Positions 1 to 12,122 of a stretch of 24,000 nt of DNA are shown here, piece by piece. Below the pieces are notes generated by a model. It saw only the letters and a list, made by a program, of their open reading frames with translations, made no database searches and had not been told where the DNA came from. Source of the stretch: Alkalimarinus coralli (GTDB lineage Bacteria > Pseudomonadota > Gammaproteobacteria > Pseudomonadales > Oleiphilaceae); NCBI RefSeq assembly GCF_023650515.1, contig NZ_CP096016.1:652513-676512 (forward strand). The letters are read 5' to 3'. Both the position numbers and the translations under genes were made by a program. Each line of letters opens with the position of its first letter. The stretch's first letter is position 1.

Positions 1-229
1 TTGCTCGGCCATGCATGGGTAAATGGGTCAAATTCTCCCCATCGATTGATATTTTCCCTTTGTCGGCTTCGACCAAACCGACGATCATGTAAAAACATGT
101 GGTTTTCCCTGCACCGTTGGGGCCGAGTAAGCCAACAATTTCACCGCTTTGTATTGAGAGTGAGACGTCTTTGACGACTGATCGTTTTTTATAGCTTTTT
201 GCCAGGTTGTCGGCGCTTAACGTTTTCAT
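1..229 (-). CDS. lptB: LPS export ABC transporter ATP-binding protein LptB (N-terminal part, truncated by window edge)
   Basis: Reverse strand reads MKTLSADNLAKSYKKRSVVKDVSLSIQSGEIVGLLGPNGAGKTTCFYMIVGLVEADKG, with the Walker A motif GPNGAGKTT. ATG at 229 overlaps the lptA stop codon by one base. Confidence 0.95.
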   Translation of the reverse strand, partial: MKTLSADNLAKSYKKRSVVKDVSLSIQSGEIVGLLGPNGAGKTTCFYMIVGLVEADKGKISIDGENLTHLPMHGRA

Positions 230-813
230 TATTTTTCTTCGTCGGAATCTTTTTCAACTGGGTGGACAATAATTTCAACGCGCTGAGACTTCTCTTCTCC
301 ACCCTGAGCAGTGACTACGCGACTAACCGTGTTGTACTCGATTTTTTTGCCTCGAAACGTGTTCTTTCCCTGCTCAAGTTTTGCGTCGTCTATTAAAGTC
401 AGCTTTTCATTATTACGGGTATAGATAATGGTGTTGCCGTAAGCATGGGTGGGTAGCTCTTCTCCCTCTTGCTGGTCGGAGAATTCAGCTGGAGACCCAA
501 AGGCTTCAAGCTTTATCAAACCGCTTTTATCACTATAAATAATTACCTTGTCGGACTTCAGGATTGACTTTCCCTGGGTGATAACAACGTCTCCACTGTA
601 AATTGAACGGCCCTTTTTTTCGTCCAGCTCAGCTCGGTCAGATTGAATTTTTATAGGTTGGTTGCTGTTTGCTGTGAATGCACTTGCCTGAGTCGAGATC
701 AGAGTTGAAAGTGCCACTATTAAAGCAATCAGCTGTTTTTTAAAAGGTTTGCTATGATGGTAGGGCTTACTGTTATTGGGCATAGTTGCCTCGTACGTTG
801 GAGGTAATTTCAA
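229..813 (-). CDS. lptA: LPS transport periplasmic protein LptA. The second Met (about 783) may be the true start.
   Basis: 194-aa ORF with a signal peptide and the motif QPIKIQSDRAELDEKKGRSIYSGDVVITQG, typical of LptA/OstA. Located between lptC and lptB. Confidence 0.92.
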   Translation of the reverse strand: MKLPPTYEATMPNNSKPYHHSKPFKKQLIALIVALSTLISTQASAFTANSNQPIKIQSDRAELDEKKGRSIYSGDVVITQGKSILKSDKVIIYSDKSGLIKLEAFGSPAEFSDQQEGEELPTHAYGNTIIYTRNNEKLTLIDDAKLEQGKNTFRGKKIEYNTVSRVVTAQGGEEKSQRVEIIVHPVEKDSDEEK

Positions 814-1336
814 TCTTTTTATCGTCGACCCAGGCGTTCATGCCTTCGCCTTCAAGGATGCTAACATTATCGCTAATGGTAACGGGTTGTTTTGTGGTAA
901 TAAAGCGTGATTTATTGAGCACAGTCAGGGATTCTGTTTTTAGTGTCCAGGGGGCTTTCAACTGCTCGTCTCTGATCATCGTTACATTATTGATGAGTTC
1001 CAGATTCTCCTCGGTCATTTTATATCTTCCATTGTCCGCTGTGAGTCTCAATGTTGTATTATCTTCCCGGTAAACCAGTAAATTGGGACTCTTTAGTAGT
1101 GCGATATTTTGGTCGGGGTAATGCTTGGCTTCACTGCTCTTCATTATGGACGAAACGTAGCCGTCAGCATCATATACCGTGTATTTTCCATTAACGATAA
1201 AAAAGTCAGGCTCTTCCTGTTCTGCATTGCTTGCTACAGGCACAATTTTATTGTCGCTGTTCTGCCAGACTATTAAGATCATGGCGAGAATTGAGATGAT
1301 TAGCAGGGAGTGCTTTTTGATTTTTTCGCTTTTCAC
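773..1336 (-). CDS. lptC: LPS export system protein LptC
   Basis: 187-aa ORF with one N-terminal transmembrane segment, LptC-like tail (NVTMIRD..., LTTESL, TKQPVTISDNVSILEGEGMNAW). Immediately upstream of lptA. Confidence 0.9.
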   Translation of the reverse strand: MKSEKIKKHSLLIISILAMILIVWQNSDNKIVPVASNAEQEEPDFFIVNGKYTVYDADGYVSSIMKSSEAKHYPDQNIALLKSPNLLVYREDNTTLRLTADNGRYKMTEENLELINNVTMIRDEQLKAPWTLKTESLTVLNKSRFITTKQPVTISDNVSILEGEGMNAWVDDKKIEITSNVRGNYAQ

Positions 1337-1399
1337 GTTATCCCCGACCTCACTATTGTGTAAATACTGTTTCCATACGAGCCAATAATGCTGGCAGGC

Positions 1400-2374
1400 T
1401 TAAATAACACCGGCTTTGAGTAAATCGTGCATATTGAGTGCGCCAACAACTTTCTGCGACTTGTCTACCACGATAAGCCCGTTTATTTTGCTGTCTTCCA
1501 TAATCGCAAGCGCTTCTGCTGCAAGAATATCTGCTGAAATAGTCCGGCAGTTTGCCGTCATAACTTCATCTATACGGGTTTTATGGATATCGATTGCTTT
1601 GTCGATTGTTCTTCGAAGGTCGCCATCAGTAAACAGGCCGCAGAGCTTGCCGTTGTCATCGGTAATGGCTGTCATTCCGAGTCCTTTTTCCGAAATCTCA
1701 AGTAGGGCGTCGCTAAGTAATACGTTGTGGTTGACGGATGGAATTCTACTGCCCGTGTGCATAATGTCAGATACTTTCAGAAGCAGTCGTCTGCCCAAGC
1801 TTCCGCCAGGGTGTGAGAACGCGAAGTCTTCTGCACTAAAGCCTCGCGCCTCAAGCAGTGCAATTGCAAGTGCATCGCCCATTACCAGGGTGGCTGTAGT
1901 ACTGGATGTTGGGGCAAGGCCAAGGGGGCATGCCTCTAATTCGACGCTTACATCAAGGTTTGCATCCGCTTCAAGAGCAAGCGCTGAGGTGTTTGACCCG
2001 GTCATGCTGATAAGCGGGGCTTCCATTCTTTTTATCAGGGGCAGTATGGTGACCACCTCTGATGTGTTGCCAGAATTCGAAATGGCTATGACCACATCGT
2101 TTGCTGTTATCATGCCCAGGTCGCCATGGCTGGCTTCGCCAGGGTGAACAAAAAAGGAGGGGGTGCCCGTGCTCGCGAGAGTCGCGGCTATTTTTTTTCC
2201 AATATGACCTGACTTGCCCATGCCGGTTACAACGACGCGCCCCTTGCAATCAAGAAGGATTTGGCAGGCTTTGGCGAACGAGTTGTCGATGCGTCCAATT
2301 AGTAGTGATATTGCGTCTCTTTCAATTTCGACGGCGCGTTTTGCTGAGCTGATAAATTTAGCAGAGTCTACCAT
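1400..2374 (-). CDS. kdsD: D-arabinose-5-phosphate isomerase (SIS domain plus two CBS domains)
   Basis: 324 aa with GKSGHIGKKIAATLASTGTPSFFVHPGEASHGDLGM, EACPLGLAPTSSTT, SHPGGSLGRRLL and C-terminal CBS repeats. Confidence 0.96.
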   Translation of the reverse strand: MVDSAKFISSAKRAVEIERDAISLLIGRIDNSFAKACQILLDCKGRVVVTGMGKSGHIGKKIAATLASTGTPSFFVHPGEASHGDLGMITANDVVIAISNSGNTSEVVTILPLIKRMEAPLISMTGSNTSALALEADANLDVSVELEACPLGLAPTSSTTATLVMGDALAIALLEARGFSAEDFAFSHPGGSLGRRLLLKVSDIMHTGSRIPSVNHNVLLSDALLEISEKGLGMTAITDDNGKLCGLFTDGDLRRTIDKAIDIHKTRIDEVMTANCRTISADILAAEALAIMEDSKINGLIVVDKSQKVVGALNMHDLLKAGVI

Positions 2375-2499
2375 TCTGTTATCCGATAGATGTATGAATA
2401 TGATGTATTAGTCAAAGTGTAACGCACTTTTAGTGTAAACGTTTAGTGCTGACTTTTTGTTAATAATATTTAATGGTTGATCTTGGTGCCTGCTTGTTG

Positions 2500-3492
2500 C
2501 TAGGCACCGAGTGATCGATATAGCAGTATTAGGTAAGCGACATAAATGGCTAGCATTCCACTGCCAAAGGAGCGTCCCAGTCGTCCTTTTTTCTGCATAA
2601 TGTAAGCAGCCGCAGCGAGTAGTAACGTAAGGGCTAACATAATGCTGTAATCACGCAATAGTACTTCGCTATCTAGCATAACGGGGTTTAACAGTGCTGG
2701 TATGGGGAGTACGGCGAGCAAGTTAAAGAGGTTGGAACCAATAATATTACCCAATGCAATATCGTGGTGCCCCTTTAATGCGCTGGCGACTGATGCCGCT
2801 AACTCTGGCAGGCTTGTTCCGATGGCGACAATGGTTAAACCGATAATCAGCTCACTGACTCCCAGCTCCCTGGCCACTCCGCTTGCCCCCCATACCAGTA
2901 GTTTCGAACTGGCTAACAGTAAGCCAAGACTAATGACGAGCTGAAGTATTGCTTTGGCGGTGCTGGTGGAAGGGATTTCATTAATCTCTTCAAGAATTTC
3001 AGGAGCATCCAGGTTGTTTCTCGTTAAGAAGTACATCGATATGGCAAGAATAACAATCATGATGATGCCATCCCATATGCCTAAATGATTATCAAGAAAC
3101 AGCAAGGTAACAAGCAGTGTCGCAGTGACCAGCACGGGAAACTCTCGCTTAAGCACTAGCGGTTTGAGCGGGATGGGGGAGACTAACGCAGTAATACCTA
3201 ATACAAGTGCGATGTTGGCTATGTTTGAGCCAATGGCGTTGCCGACTGCGAGGTTGCTAGCGTCCGACAGTGCCGCAGTACCGGAAACGATCATTTCTGG
3301 AGCAGATGTGCCAAAGGCCACTATTGTGAGGCCTATTAGCATGGGGGACATTCCAAGGTTGCGCGCCGTTGCTACGGAGCCATTAACAAAGCGGTCTGCA
3401 CTCCATACCAGTACGACTAACCCTGCAATGATGCCGGCAAAAAATAGAATCATGAATTTCACTCTAACTAGGTGTATGAATAGCTCATGCAA
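2500..3492 (-). CDS. yrbG: YrbG-type calcium/sodium antiporter (CaCA family)
   Basis: 330 aa, polytopic, with duplicated repeats TIVAFGTSAPEM/GNAIGSNIANIALVLG and TIVAIGTSLPEL/GNIIGSNLFNLLAV. Neighbour of kdsD. Confidence 0.93.
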   Translation of the reverse strand: MHELFIHLVRVKFMILFFAGIIAGLVVLVWSADRFVNGSVATARNLGMSPMLIGLTIVAFGTSAPEMIVSGTAALSDASNLAVGNAIGSNIANIALVLGITALVSPIPLKPLVLKREFPVLVTATLLVTLLFLDNHLGIWDGIIMIVILAISMYFLTRNNLDAPEILEEINEIPSTSTAKAILQLVISLGLLLASSKLLVWGASGVARELGVSELIIGLTIVAIGTSLPELAASVASALKGHHDIALGNIIGSNLFNLLAVLPIPALLNPVMLDSEVLLRDYSIMLALTLLLAAAAYIMQKKGRLGRSFGSGMLAIYVAYLILLYRSLGA

Positions 3493-3743
3493 AGACTGAA
3501 TCTTCAGTTGTGGCGTGAATTGTGCTGAACTTGGTGCGCCCTTGCAATGGCAAATTTTAAAAAAATCCTGATGGGCGTAAGATCCTTTGCTTTAATAGAT
3601 TGAAATATTTGATTAAATCATACGTTAGTTGATGTAGACTTCATCTCGCGCACAAATCTCTCTTATAGGGAAGGCCTTATGGAGGGGAGTAGCGCAATCT
3701 ATATCAGTTAACTATCGCATGTCGCAGGCCAGGATTAATTGTT

Positions 3744-4562
3744 GTGAGCAACTTGATCGAAATTAGGGGAATGTCCTTTTCTAGAGGCGAACGGCTTATA
3801 TTTAATGATATAGATGTTGATATCCCCAAGGGGAAAGTGACATCTATTATGGGGCCGAGTGGTACGGGTAAAACAACGTTGCTGCGTCTCATCGGAGCCC
3901 AGCTGAAACCACAAAAAGGAACGATTACCGTAGACGGTCAAAATCTTCTTAAGCTAAAAAGAAAGGATCTCTACCTCGCCCGTGAAAAAATAGGCATGTT
4001 GTTTCAAAGTGGTGCGCTATTCTCAGATTTAACGGTTTTCGAAAATGTCGCTTTTCCGCTAAGGGTGCACACTAAGTTGCCTGAAGATATGATTAGGGAC
4101 ATTGTGCTGATGAAATTGCAAGCGGTCGGGCTGAGGGGGGCTAGAGACTTGATGCCAGCCGAGCTTTCGGGTGGCATGACTCGTCGCATAGCGTTAGCTC
4201 GAACCATCGCTCTTGATCCGTCCTTAGTGATGTATGATGAGCCGTTTGCAGGTCAGGACCCCATCGCAATGGGGGTTCTGGTGCAGTTAATAAGGCTTTT
4301 AAATGATGCGCTAGGGATGACGAGTGTGCTCGTTTCGCATGACGTGGCTGAAGCGCTTAGCATTAGTGATCATGTTTGCATTATTTCCGATGGCAAAGTG
4401 ATCGGGCAGGGGGCACCCGGCCACTTGAAAGAGCACGGTTCCCCATTAGTGAAGCAGTTTTTACAAGGACTGCCTGACGGGCCGGTACCATTTCACTATC
4501 CCGCATCCGACTATCGTTCAGATTTATTGCCAGGGAGTGAACGTGCTCAATTATTTACGTAG
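3744..4562 (+). CDS. mlaF: Phospholipid ABC transporter ATP-binding protein MlaF
   Basis: 272 aa, GTG start, Walker [10 protein letters not shown], signature [33 protein letters not shown]. Confidence 0.95.
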   Translation: MSNLIEIRGMSFSRGERLIFNDIDVDIPKGKVTSIMGPSGTGKTTLLRLIGAQLKPQKGTITVDGQNLLKLKRKDLYLAREKIGMLFQSGALFSDLTVFENVAFPLRVHTKLPEDMIRDIVLMKLQAVGLRGARDLMPAELSGGMTRRIALARTIALDPSLVMYDEPFAGQDPIAMGVLVQLIRLLNDALGMTSVLVSHDVAEALSISDHVCIISDGKVIGQGAPGHLKEHGSPLVKQFLQGLPDGPVPFHYPASDYRSDLLPGSERAQLFT

Positions 4563-5325
4563 GCTTGGTAGGCAGGCTATCCATACGGTTTCTGTTCTGG
4601 GACGCTCAGGTGTATTTCTGATGCAGTCGCTTGTGGGGGTTCCAAATTTCAGCAGTGGCTTTCCTTTGCTGATCAAGCAACTCTACTCTGTGGGTGTTTT
4701 ATCGCTGGTCATTATTGTTGTATCAGGGCTCTTTATTGGCATGGTGCTTGGGCTGCAAGGGTATAACATATTGGTTGATTATGGCTCCGAACAGGCTATA
4801 GGGCAGATGGTCGCCTTAACGTTGGTTAGGGAGCTAGGGCCTGTCGTTACGGGGCTCTTGTTTGCGGGGCGCGCAGGGTCGGCGCTGACAGCTGAGATAG
4901 GGCTTATGAAGGCCACCGAGCAGTTAACCAGTATGGAAATGATGGGGGTTGATCCGTTACGAAGGGTGATCGCACCTCGGTTGTGGGCCGGTTTTATTTC
5001 GATGCCTCTTTTGGCCATGATTTTCAGTGTGGTCGGTATATGGGGCGGAATGCTGGTTGGAGTGGACTGGTTAGGTGTTTATGAGGGCTCGTTTTGGGCT
5101 AATATGCAAGCATCTGTTAGCTTTCAGGATGACGTGTTAAATGGCGTGATAAAGAGTATTGTTTTTGGTTTTGTGTGTACATGGATTGCCGTTTTTCAAG
5201 GCTATGATTCAGTCCCTACATCTGAGGGAATTAGCGCGGCAACAACCAAAACGGTGGTTTATTCGTCTCTGGCTGTGCTGGGGCTGGATTTTGTGTTGAC
5301 TGCCATGATGTTTACGGCGTTATAG
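4537..5325 (+). CDS. mlaE: Phospholipid ABC transporter permease MlaE
   Basis: 262 aa with [42 protein letters not shown] (MlaE signature). Overlaps the end of mlaF. Confidence 0.95.
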   Translation: MNVLNYLRRLGRQAIHTVSVLGRSGVFLMQSLVGVPNFSSGFPLLIKQLYSVGVLSLVIIVVSGLFIGMVLGLQGYNILVDYGSEQAIGQMVALTLVRELGPVVTGLLFAGRAGSALTAEIGLMKATEQLTSMEMMGVDPLRRVIAPRLWAGFISMPLLAMIFSVVGIWGGMLVGVDWLGVYEGSFWANMQASVSFQDDVLNGVIKSIVFGFVCTWIAVFQGYDSVPTSEGISAATTKTVVYSSLAVLGLDFVLTAMMFTAL

Positions 5326-5373
5326 CGCGTCGCAGTAAGGTAGCCGAAGGCGAGAGATTAAACGAACCCCGCT

Positions 5374-5862
5374 GTGAAGGGGGTGTTTGAAAGTTATAAT
5401 ATCGGAGTGAATATGTACAATCGGACAATAGAGATAGTGGTCGGGCTATTCATCATGCTAGGCATTGGTGCTTTGGCTGTGCTGGCTTTCCAGGTTAGCG
5501 GTCTTTCTGCAAAAATGGATTCAGAAACCTACAAGGTCTATGCGCAGTTTGATGATTTGGGCGGGTTGTCGGTCAGGGGGCGTGTTTCGATGGCTGGTGT
5601 AACCATTGGTAAAGTCAGCAATATTGAACTGGATAAAGAGTCATATATGGCGCTGGTTGAGATGGAACTTTATGGTTCTGTTGATAATTTGACGACAGAC
5701 AGCAATGCCGCTATCCAGACAGCTGGTTTGTTGGGTGAAAAGTACATTTCCATTAGTGTTGGAGCGGATGAAGAGTACCTTAAAGATGGCGACACGATAT
5801 TTGATACACAATCAGCATTGAATATCGAAAAACTAATTGGTACGTTTGCCTCTGGCAGGTAG
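5374..5862 (+). CDS. mlaD: MCE-domain protein MlaD. The likely true start is Met at about 5413 (MYNRTIEIVVG).
   Basis: N-terminal transmembrane segment plus MCE domain (VYAQFDDLGGLSVRGRVSMAGVTIGKVSNI). In mla gene order. Confidence 0.93.
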   Translation: MKGVFESYNIGVNMYNRTIEIVVGLFIMLGIGALAVLAFQVSGLSAKMDSETYKVYAQFDDLGGLSVRGRVSMAGVTIGKVSNIELDKESYMALVEMELYGSVDNLTTDSNAAIQTAGLLGEKYISISVGADEEYLKDGDTIFDTQSALNIEKLIGTFASGR

Positions 5863-5903
5863 CAGTGAGCGCTGGATATAAAGGAATTTAAGGGAGAGAC
5901 TCC

Positions 5904-6584
5904 TTGCAATTAATAGGTGCAGATAGAATGAAATTGAAGGTCGGTGGTTTTTTCCATAGCTGGTTAGTTATATTGGCGATGTTTATAAGTCCTTTCGCGT
6001 TGGCGGGTGGCGTAGAAGGAGAGGTGAAGCGAATTGTTGAAGAAAGTACAAACCAGTTAGTTGATAAGCTGAACCGTGAAAAATCGACTTATGAGGTTGA
6101 CCCTGAAAAGTTCTACAGCGAAATGGACGCCGCCTTGAGTGAGTTGGTCGACTTTAAACGCATAGCTGCGAGAGTAATGGGTAAAACAGCTCGAAAAGCG
6201 ACCAAAGAGCAAAGATCCAGTTTCCTCGCTTCATTTAAAAAGAGTTTGTATGTCGCGTATTCCAAAGCACTTGTAGAGAGTGGTGCGTTTGAAATAACCG
6301 TCGAAGGCGTTAAAGTTAACCCCAGAAGCGACAAAAAGGCCTCCGTTAACCTTGTTGTTACATCTGAGAGTGGTAATCAGTACCCTGTGGTTTATTCAAT
6401 GAACTACGGCAAAAATAAAAAATGGATGCTTGAGAATGTCATTGTTAATGGGGTTAATGTCGGGCTTGCCTTTAGAGACCGATTTAGCTTTGAGATGCGT
6501 AACCATCAGGGGAATATTGACAAGGTTATAGAAAACTGGACAGCTAAAATTGATATTAGCGACGATTCTGTTGCAACTCAGTAA
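5904..6584 (+). CDS. mlaC: Phospholipid-binding protein MlaC
   Basis: 226 aa with signal peptide and Tol/MlaC-like core (ALSELVDFKRIAARVMGKTARKATKEQRSSFLASFKKSL). In mla gene order. Confidence 0.92.
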   Translation: MQLIGADRMKLKVGGFFHSWLVILAMFISPFALAGGVEGEVKRIVEESTNQLVDKLNREKSTYEVDPEKFYSEMDAALSELVDFKRIAARVMGKTARKATKEQRSSFLASFKKSLYVAYSKALVESGAFEITVEGVKVNPRSDKKASVNLVVTSESGNQYPVVYSMNYGKNKKWMLENVIVNGVNVGLAFRDRFSFEMRNHQGNIDKVIENWTAKIDISDDSVATQ

Positions 6585-6682
6585 GGTGTGTTGAGCAAGG
6601 TTACAAACAAAGCAGTTCCTTGTTTAGCTGGTTCTGGATGGTGGTAAGTTGGAAGACGGTTTTGAATAGTGGGGAGCTATAA

Positions 6683-6994
6683 ATGGTTGCTGAAGTGAGT
6701 GTACAAGATGCAGGCATACTTGCTCTCTCAGGGGATGTGACATCGGACAATGTTGTTTCCATTCGGCGCAAGGGAGAGGATGCTATCGCTAAAATGCCGT
6801 CAAGCGCGATTGTTAACCTGGCCGGTTTGGGGGCGGCGAACACGCTTACCCTTTCGCTGCTATTGGCTTGGGTGAGGTGTGCCAGGCAGCAAAATATGGA
6901 ACTAACCATCGCCGAAAGTCCCGGCAAGCTCTTTGATATGGCCAGAGTGAGCGGCTTGGAGTTGGTGCTTCCATTTGAACCCTCCGGCAGTTGA
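6683..6994 (+). CDS. mlaB: STAS-domain protein MlaB
   Basis: 103-aa STAS-like protein (ALSGDVTSDNVVSIRR...SSAIVNLAGLGAANTLTLSLLLAWVRCARQ) directly after mlaC. Confidence 0.82.
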   Translation: MVAEVSVQDAGILALSGDVTSDNVVSIRRKGEDAIAKMPSSAIVNLAGLGAANTLTLSLLLAWVRCARQQNMELTIAESPGKLFDMARVSGLELVLPFEPSGS

Positions 6995-7167
6995 GTCGCA
7001 GATTCTTTCTTTTTGGCTTCTTTAGCGGACTGCTTTTGGGTATCATAGCCTATTTGCCTCGCGCAGGTGCGCGGGCAACAGGTTTGATTAGCTCGGTCAG
7101 CTAGCCGCTGAACTTGAGTTATGCCTCCGAACCTTTGAGATTAATGACAGTAGATAAAGGCTAAGAA

Positions 7168-8731
<1,564 letters not shown>

Positions 8732-8767
8732 CTATAGATACACAAATACAGGAATTGAGAGAGTTAC

Positions 8768-9397
8768 ATGAGCGATACGCTTACAATTGCTTTGTCTAAA
8801 GGCCGGATATTGAAAGAGACACTGCCGCTTATAGCCGCAGCCGGTATAGAACCATTGGAAGATATATCAAAAAGTAGAAAACTGATTTTTGATACCACCG
8901 ATAGCCGGGTTAAACTCATTATTATTAGAGCCACCGATGTTCCCACCTATGTACAATATGGCGGCGCAGATATGGGGGTTACTGGTAAAGATGTACTCAT
9001 GGAGCATGGGGCAGAAGGCCTATACGAGCCACTTGATCTGAAAATTTCTGAGTGTCGCTTGATGACGGCGGCCAAAAAAGAAGCCAAGCCAGTTAAAGGT
9101 AGATTAAAGGTTGCTACCAAATTTGTGAATTTGGCCAAACAGTATTACGCTCGACAGGGTATTCAGGCTGATATTATTAAACTTTACGGTGCCATGGAAC
9201 TCGCACCGATACTAGGGTTGGCTGATGAAATTGTAGATATTGTCGATACTGGCAATACACTAAAAGCTAACGGACTGGAGCCAAGAGAACTCATCCATAA
9301 TATCAGTTCGCGATTAGTGGTGAATCGAGCGTCCATGAAAATGAAGCATCATCATATTCAATCTATTATTGACCAATTGTCTGAGGCGGTTAGTTAA
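8768..9397 (+). CDS. hisG: ATP phosphoribosyltransferase, short (HisZ-dependent) form
   Basis: 209 aa with [23 protein letters not shown] and the C-terminal catalytic motif [17 protein letters not shown]. The C-terminal regulatory domain is absent. Confidence 0.96.
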   Translation: MSDTLTIALSKGRILKETLPLIAAAGIEPLEDISKSRKLIFDTTDSRVKLIIIRATDVPTYVQYGGADMGVTGKDVLMEHGAEGLYEPLDLKISECRLMTAAKKEAKPVKGRLKVATKFVNLAKQYYARQGIQADIIKLYGAMELAPILGLADEIVDIVDTGNTLKANGLEPRELIHNISSRLVVNRASMKMKHHHIQSIIDQLSEAVS

Positions 9398-9507
9398 TCT
9401 AACTGCCTTAGCATACCTCTACTCTAACTTTACATCATGCCTTAATTTTGATGGCCAGATGAGCTAACTGCTCTATTGTTATAAACCTTCTTGTAGGTGT
9501 TACGCCC

Positions 9508-10833
9508 GTGAATGACACAAATATGACTGCTGAAGTATCAATTACTCGTCTAACTTCATCGGATAAATGTTTCGGTGAACAGTTAAGTAACCTGTTAGCT
9601 TGGGATGAAGCTGCTGATCATAAAGTTCATGATGTTGTAAAAGAGATACTATCCCAGGTGAAGAGCCATGGTGACTCAGCCGTGCTTGATTATACCCGTC
9701 GATTTGATGGCGTCTTAGCTGCTGCTATGGATGAACTAGAAGTTTCTCGAGACAGGTTAGAAGAGGCTTTGGGTAAGATTTCAGCTGAGCAGAAATCTGC
9801 GCTGGAAACGGCCGCTGATCGTGTCCGCAGTTACCATGAAAAGCAGCAGCAAGCGTCATGGAGTTATACAGAATCTGACGGCACGGTTCTTGGTCAGCAG
9901 GTTGTTGCTATGGATCGAGTTGGGTTATATGTCCCGGGAGGGAAGGCAGCCTACCCCTCATCTGTCTTAATGAATGCAATTCCTGCAAAAGTTGCGGGTG
10001 TTGAAGAGCTAATCATGGTGGTTCCTACGCCAAAAGGCGAAGTCAATGAGTTGGTTTTAGCTGCCGCAGCTATTAGTGGTGTTGATAGGGTGTTTACTAT
10101 TGGTGGAGCCCAGGCTGTCGCTGCGTTGGCTTACGGCACAGAAAGCATTCCTGCGGTAGATAAGATTGTTGGCCCTGGTAACATATATGTTGCAACGGCA
10201 AAGCGCGAAGTGTTTGGGGTTGTTGGGATTGATATGATCGCAGGCCCTTCTGAGATTCTGGTTATTTGTGATGGGCAGACAGACCCGGACTGGATCGCAA
10301 TGGATCTTTTCTCTCAGGCAGAGCACGATGAAAACGCTCAGTCGATCTTGATTTCTGATGACAAAGACTACCTTGATCAAGTCGAACGCAGTGTTAATAA
10401 GTTGCTTCCAACTATGGAGCGGCAGGATATTATAAAGGTCTCAATAGAATCAAGGGCTGCTTTTATCGAGGTCAGTGATTTAGCGGACGCCGTCGATGTG
10501 AGCAACCGTATTGCACCTGAGCACTTGGAACTTTCAGTTGAAGACCCTGATGCTTTGCTGCCCGCTATACGTCATGCAGGGGCAATCTTTATGGGGCGCT
10601 ACACAGCTGAAGCGTTAGGAGACTACTGTGCTGGGCCTAATCATGTTCTGCCGACCTCTGGCACAGCACGTTTTTCTTCACCTTTAGGTGTTTATGATTT
10701 TCAAAAACGTTCTTCTATTATTAAATTCTCGGCTGACGGTGCGAGTGAGATGGGGAAGGTCGCTTCTGTGCTTGCAAGAGGTGAGGGGCTGACTGCGCAT
10801 GCCCGGTCTGCAGAGTATAGAATCAAGCCATAA
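9508..10833 (+). CDS. hisD: Histidinol dehydrogenase
   Basis: 441 aa, GTG start, with [41 protein letters not shown] and GPSEILVI. Confidence 0.98.
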   Translation: MNDTNMTAEVSITRLTSSDKCFGEQLSNLLAWDEAADHKVHDVVKEILSQVKSHGDSAVLDYTRRFDGVLAAAMDELEVSRDRLEEALGKISAEQKSALETAADRVRSYHEKQQQASWSYTESDGTVLGQQVVAMDRVGLYVPGGKAAYPSSVLMNAIPAKVAGVEELIMVVPTPKGEVNELVLAAAAISGVDRVFTIGGAQAVAALAYGTESIPAVDKIVGPGNIYVATAKREVFGVVGIDMIAGPSEILVICDGQTDPDWIAMDLFSQAEHDENAQSILISDDKDYLDQVERSVNKLLPTMERQDIIKVSIESRAAFIEVSDLADAVDVSNRIAPEHLELSVEDPDALLPAIRHAGAIFMGRYTAEALGDYCAGPNHVLPTSGTARFSSPLGVYDFQKRSSIIKFSADGASEMGKVASVLARGEGLTAHARSAEYRIKP

Positions 10834-10840
10834 CTCAAGG

Positions 10841-11905
10841 TCAGTGAAAGGTCGCTACGCCTTTGGCGGGCGACCTTGTTGTAAGCTCTGCTGTTAACTC
10901 TATCAGTTTTCCTGAGCGATATAAGTCCAGGGAAACTTGTTGGCCAGGACGCATATCTGCGATGGTAAAAAGTGAATCTTGATAGTGATTGAGTGACTTC
11001 CCGTTAATTCTCAAGATTATGTCGCCTTGTTTCAGACCTGCCCTGTGAGCTGGGCTATCGGCCTCTACATCAATGACAACCAACCCGTTTGTATGTTGAA
11101 GGTTAAAAAAGGAGGCCGCTTCCTTGTTCAGTTGGTGAAGCCGAACACCCAAATACCCTCTGAGAACTTCCCCATTTTCCAGTATGTCTTTTTTTACCTT
11201 ATTGATCTGATTGATCGGAATGGCAAAGCTAATACCTTGAGCGCCGTCTGCTAGACTCAAGAACGCTGAATTTATGCCGATCAATTGGCCTTTTGCCGTT
11301 ATTAGTGCGCCCCCAGAGTTTCCTGGGTTTATCGCTGCATCAGTTTGAATGTATTGCTCAAAAGTCGCTAAGCCTAAATTTGAGCGGCCGATCGCACTGA
11401 CTATTCCTTGGGTGACTGATTGTCCAACACCGTATGGGTTTCCAATCGCGAGCACTATATCGCCGACCTCTGCTAATGTTACTGGCTGCTTAGGTATCGC
11501 GGGTAAATGATCCATGGATATTTTAAGAATTGCTATATCGCTTTCTCTGTCACTGCCTAGTAAAGTTGCAATGCCTTTCCTTCCATCCGTCAGTGTAATG
11601 GTGATTAAATTGGCATTGTGAATAACATGATGATTAGTGACTATATGCCCCTGCTTGTCGACAATGACTCCTGAACCTAAGCTTTTGTTCTCAGTTGATA
11701 TGTTAACGACTGCGGGAGATATCCTGCTTATTACAGGCGCGTATGATGTGGTACTGTAATCAGAGGAGGGGGATAACCTGGAGTATATCTCTTCCAGGAA
11801 ATAGAGCATTACGACGAGTAACCCGCCAATGACAATAGGCAGTATCCAGCGAGCCAGCTTTGCTACAGTTGTCGAAGGCTGTCTTTCAGGTAATAAGTTC
11901 CGCAC
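10841..11905 (-). CDS. degS: Membrane-anchored trypsin-like serine protease with one PDZ domain (DegS/AlgW type)
   Basis: 354 aa with an N-terminal transmembrane anchor, catalytic H (VTNHHVI), D (ESDIAILK) and S (NPGNSGGALI), and a single PDZ domain (SPAHRAGLKQGDIILRING). Confidence 0.9.
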   Translation of the reverse strand: MRNLLPERQPSTTVAKLARWILPIVIGGLLVVMLYFLEEIYSRLSPSSDYSTTSYAPVISRISPAVVNISTENKSLGSGVIVDKQGHIVTNHHVIHNANLITITLTDGRKGIATLLGSDRESDIAILKISMDHLPAIPKQPVTLAEVGDIVLAIGNPYGVGQSVTQGIVSAIGRSNLGLATFEQYIQTDAAINPGNSGGALITAKGQLIGINSAFLSLADGAQGISFAIPINQINKVKKDILENGEVLRGYLGVRLHQLNKEAASFFNLQHTNGLVVIDVEADSPAHRAGLKQGDIILRINGKSLNHYQDSLFTIADMRPGQQVSLDLYRSGKLIELTAELTTRSPAKGVATFH

Positions 11906-12122
11906 TGAGTGAATATCCTGCTGATGGGGTTATGCGCAAATAGGCTTCCGCATTATGAATGGGCAGCCGTCGATAATATTGTTACGATAACATAAAATTG
12001 ATTCAGTATTGCTGGCACCCTTTAGCAGGCAATGCTCATTCTCGGGATTTGGCTATAGTGTAACTGTTGAGCAGTATGCTGAGATATTGCCCGTTATAAT
12101 TGGAATAACAGTGGAGTGAAGT

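Noticed and set aside
5381-5400. Small cccc/gggg hairpin between mlaE and mlaD
   Set aside because: Short stem without T-tract, inside a conserved operon. No evidence of regulatory function.
10057-10380. Antisense ORF inside hisD, plus similar antisense ORFs inside kdsD, yrbG, hisG, murA and the thiolase
   Set aside because: Each is fully antisense to a well-recognised conserved gene and shows no domain of its own.
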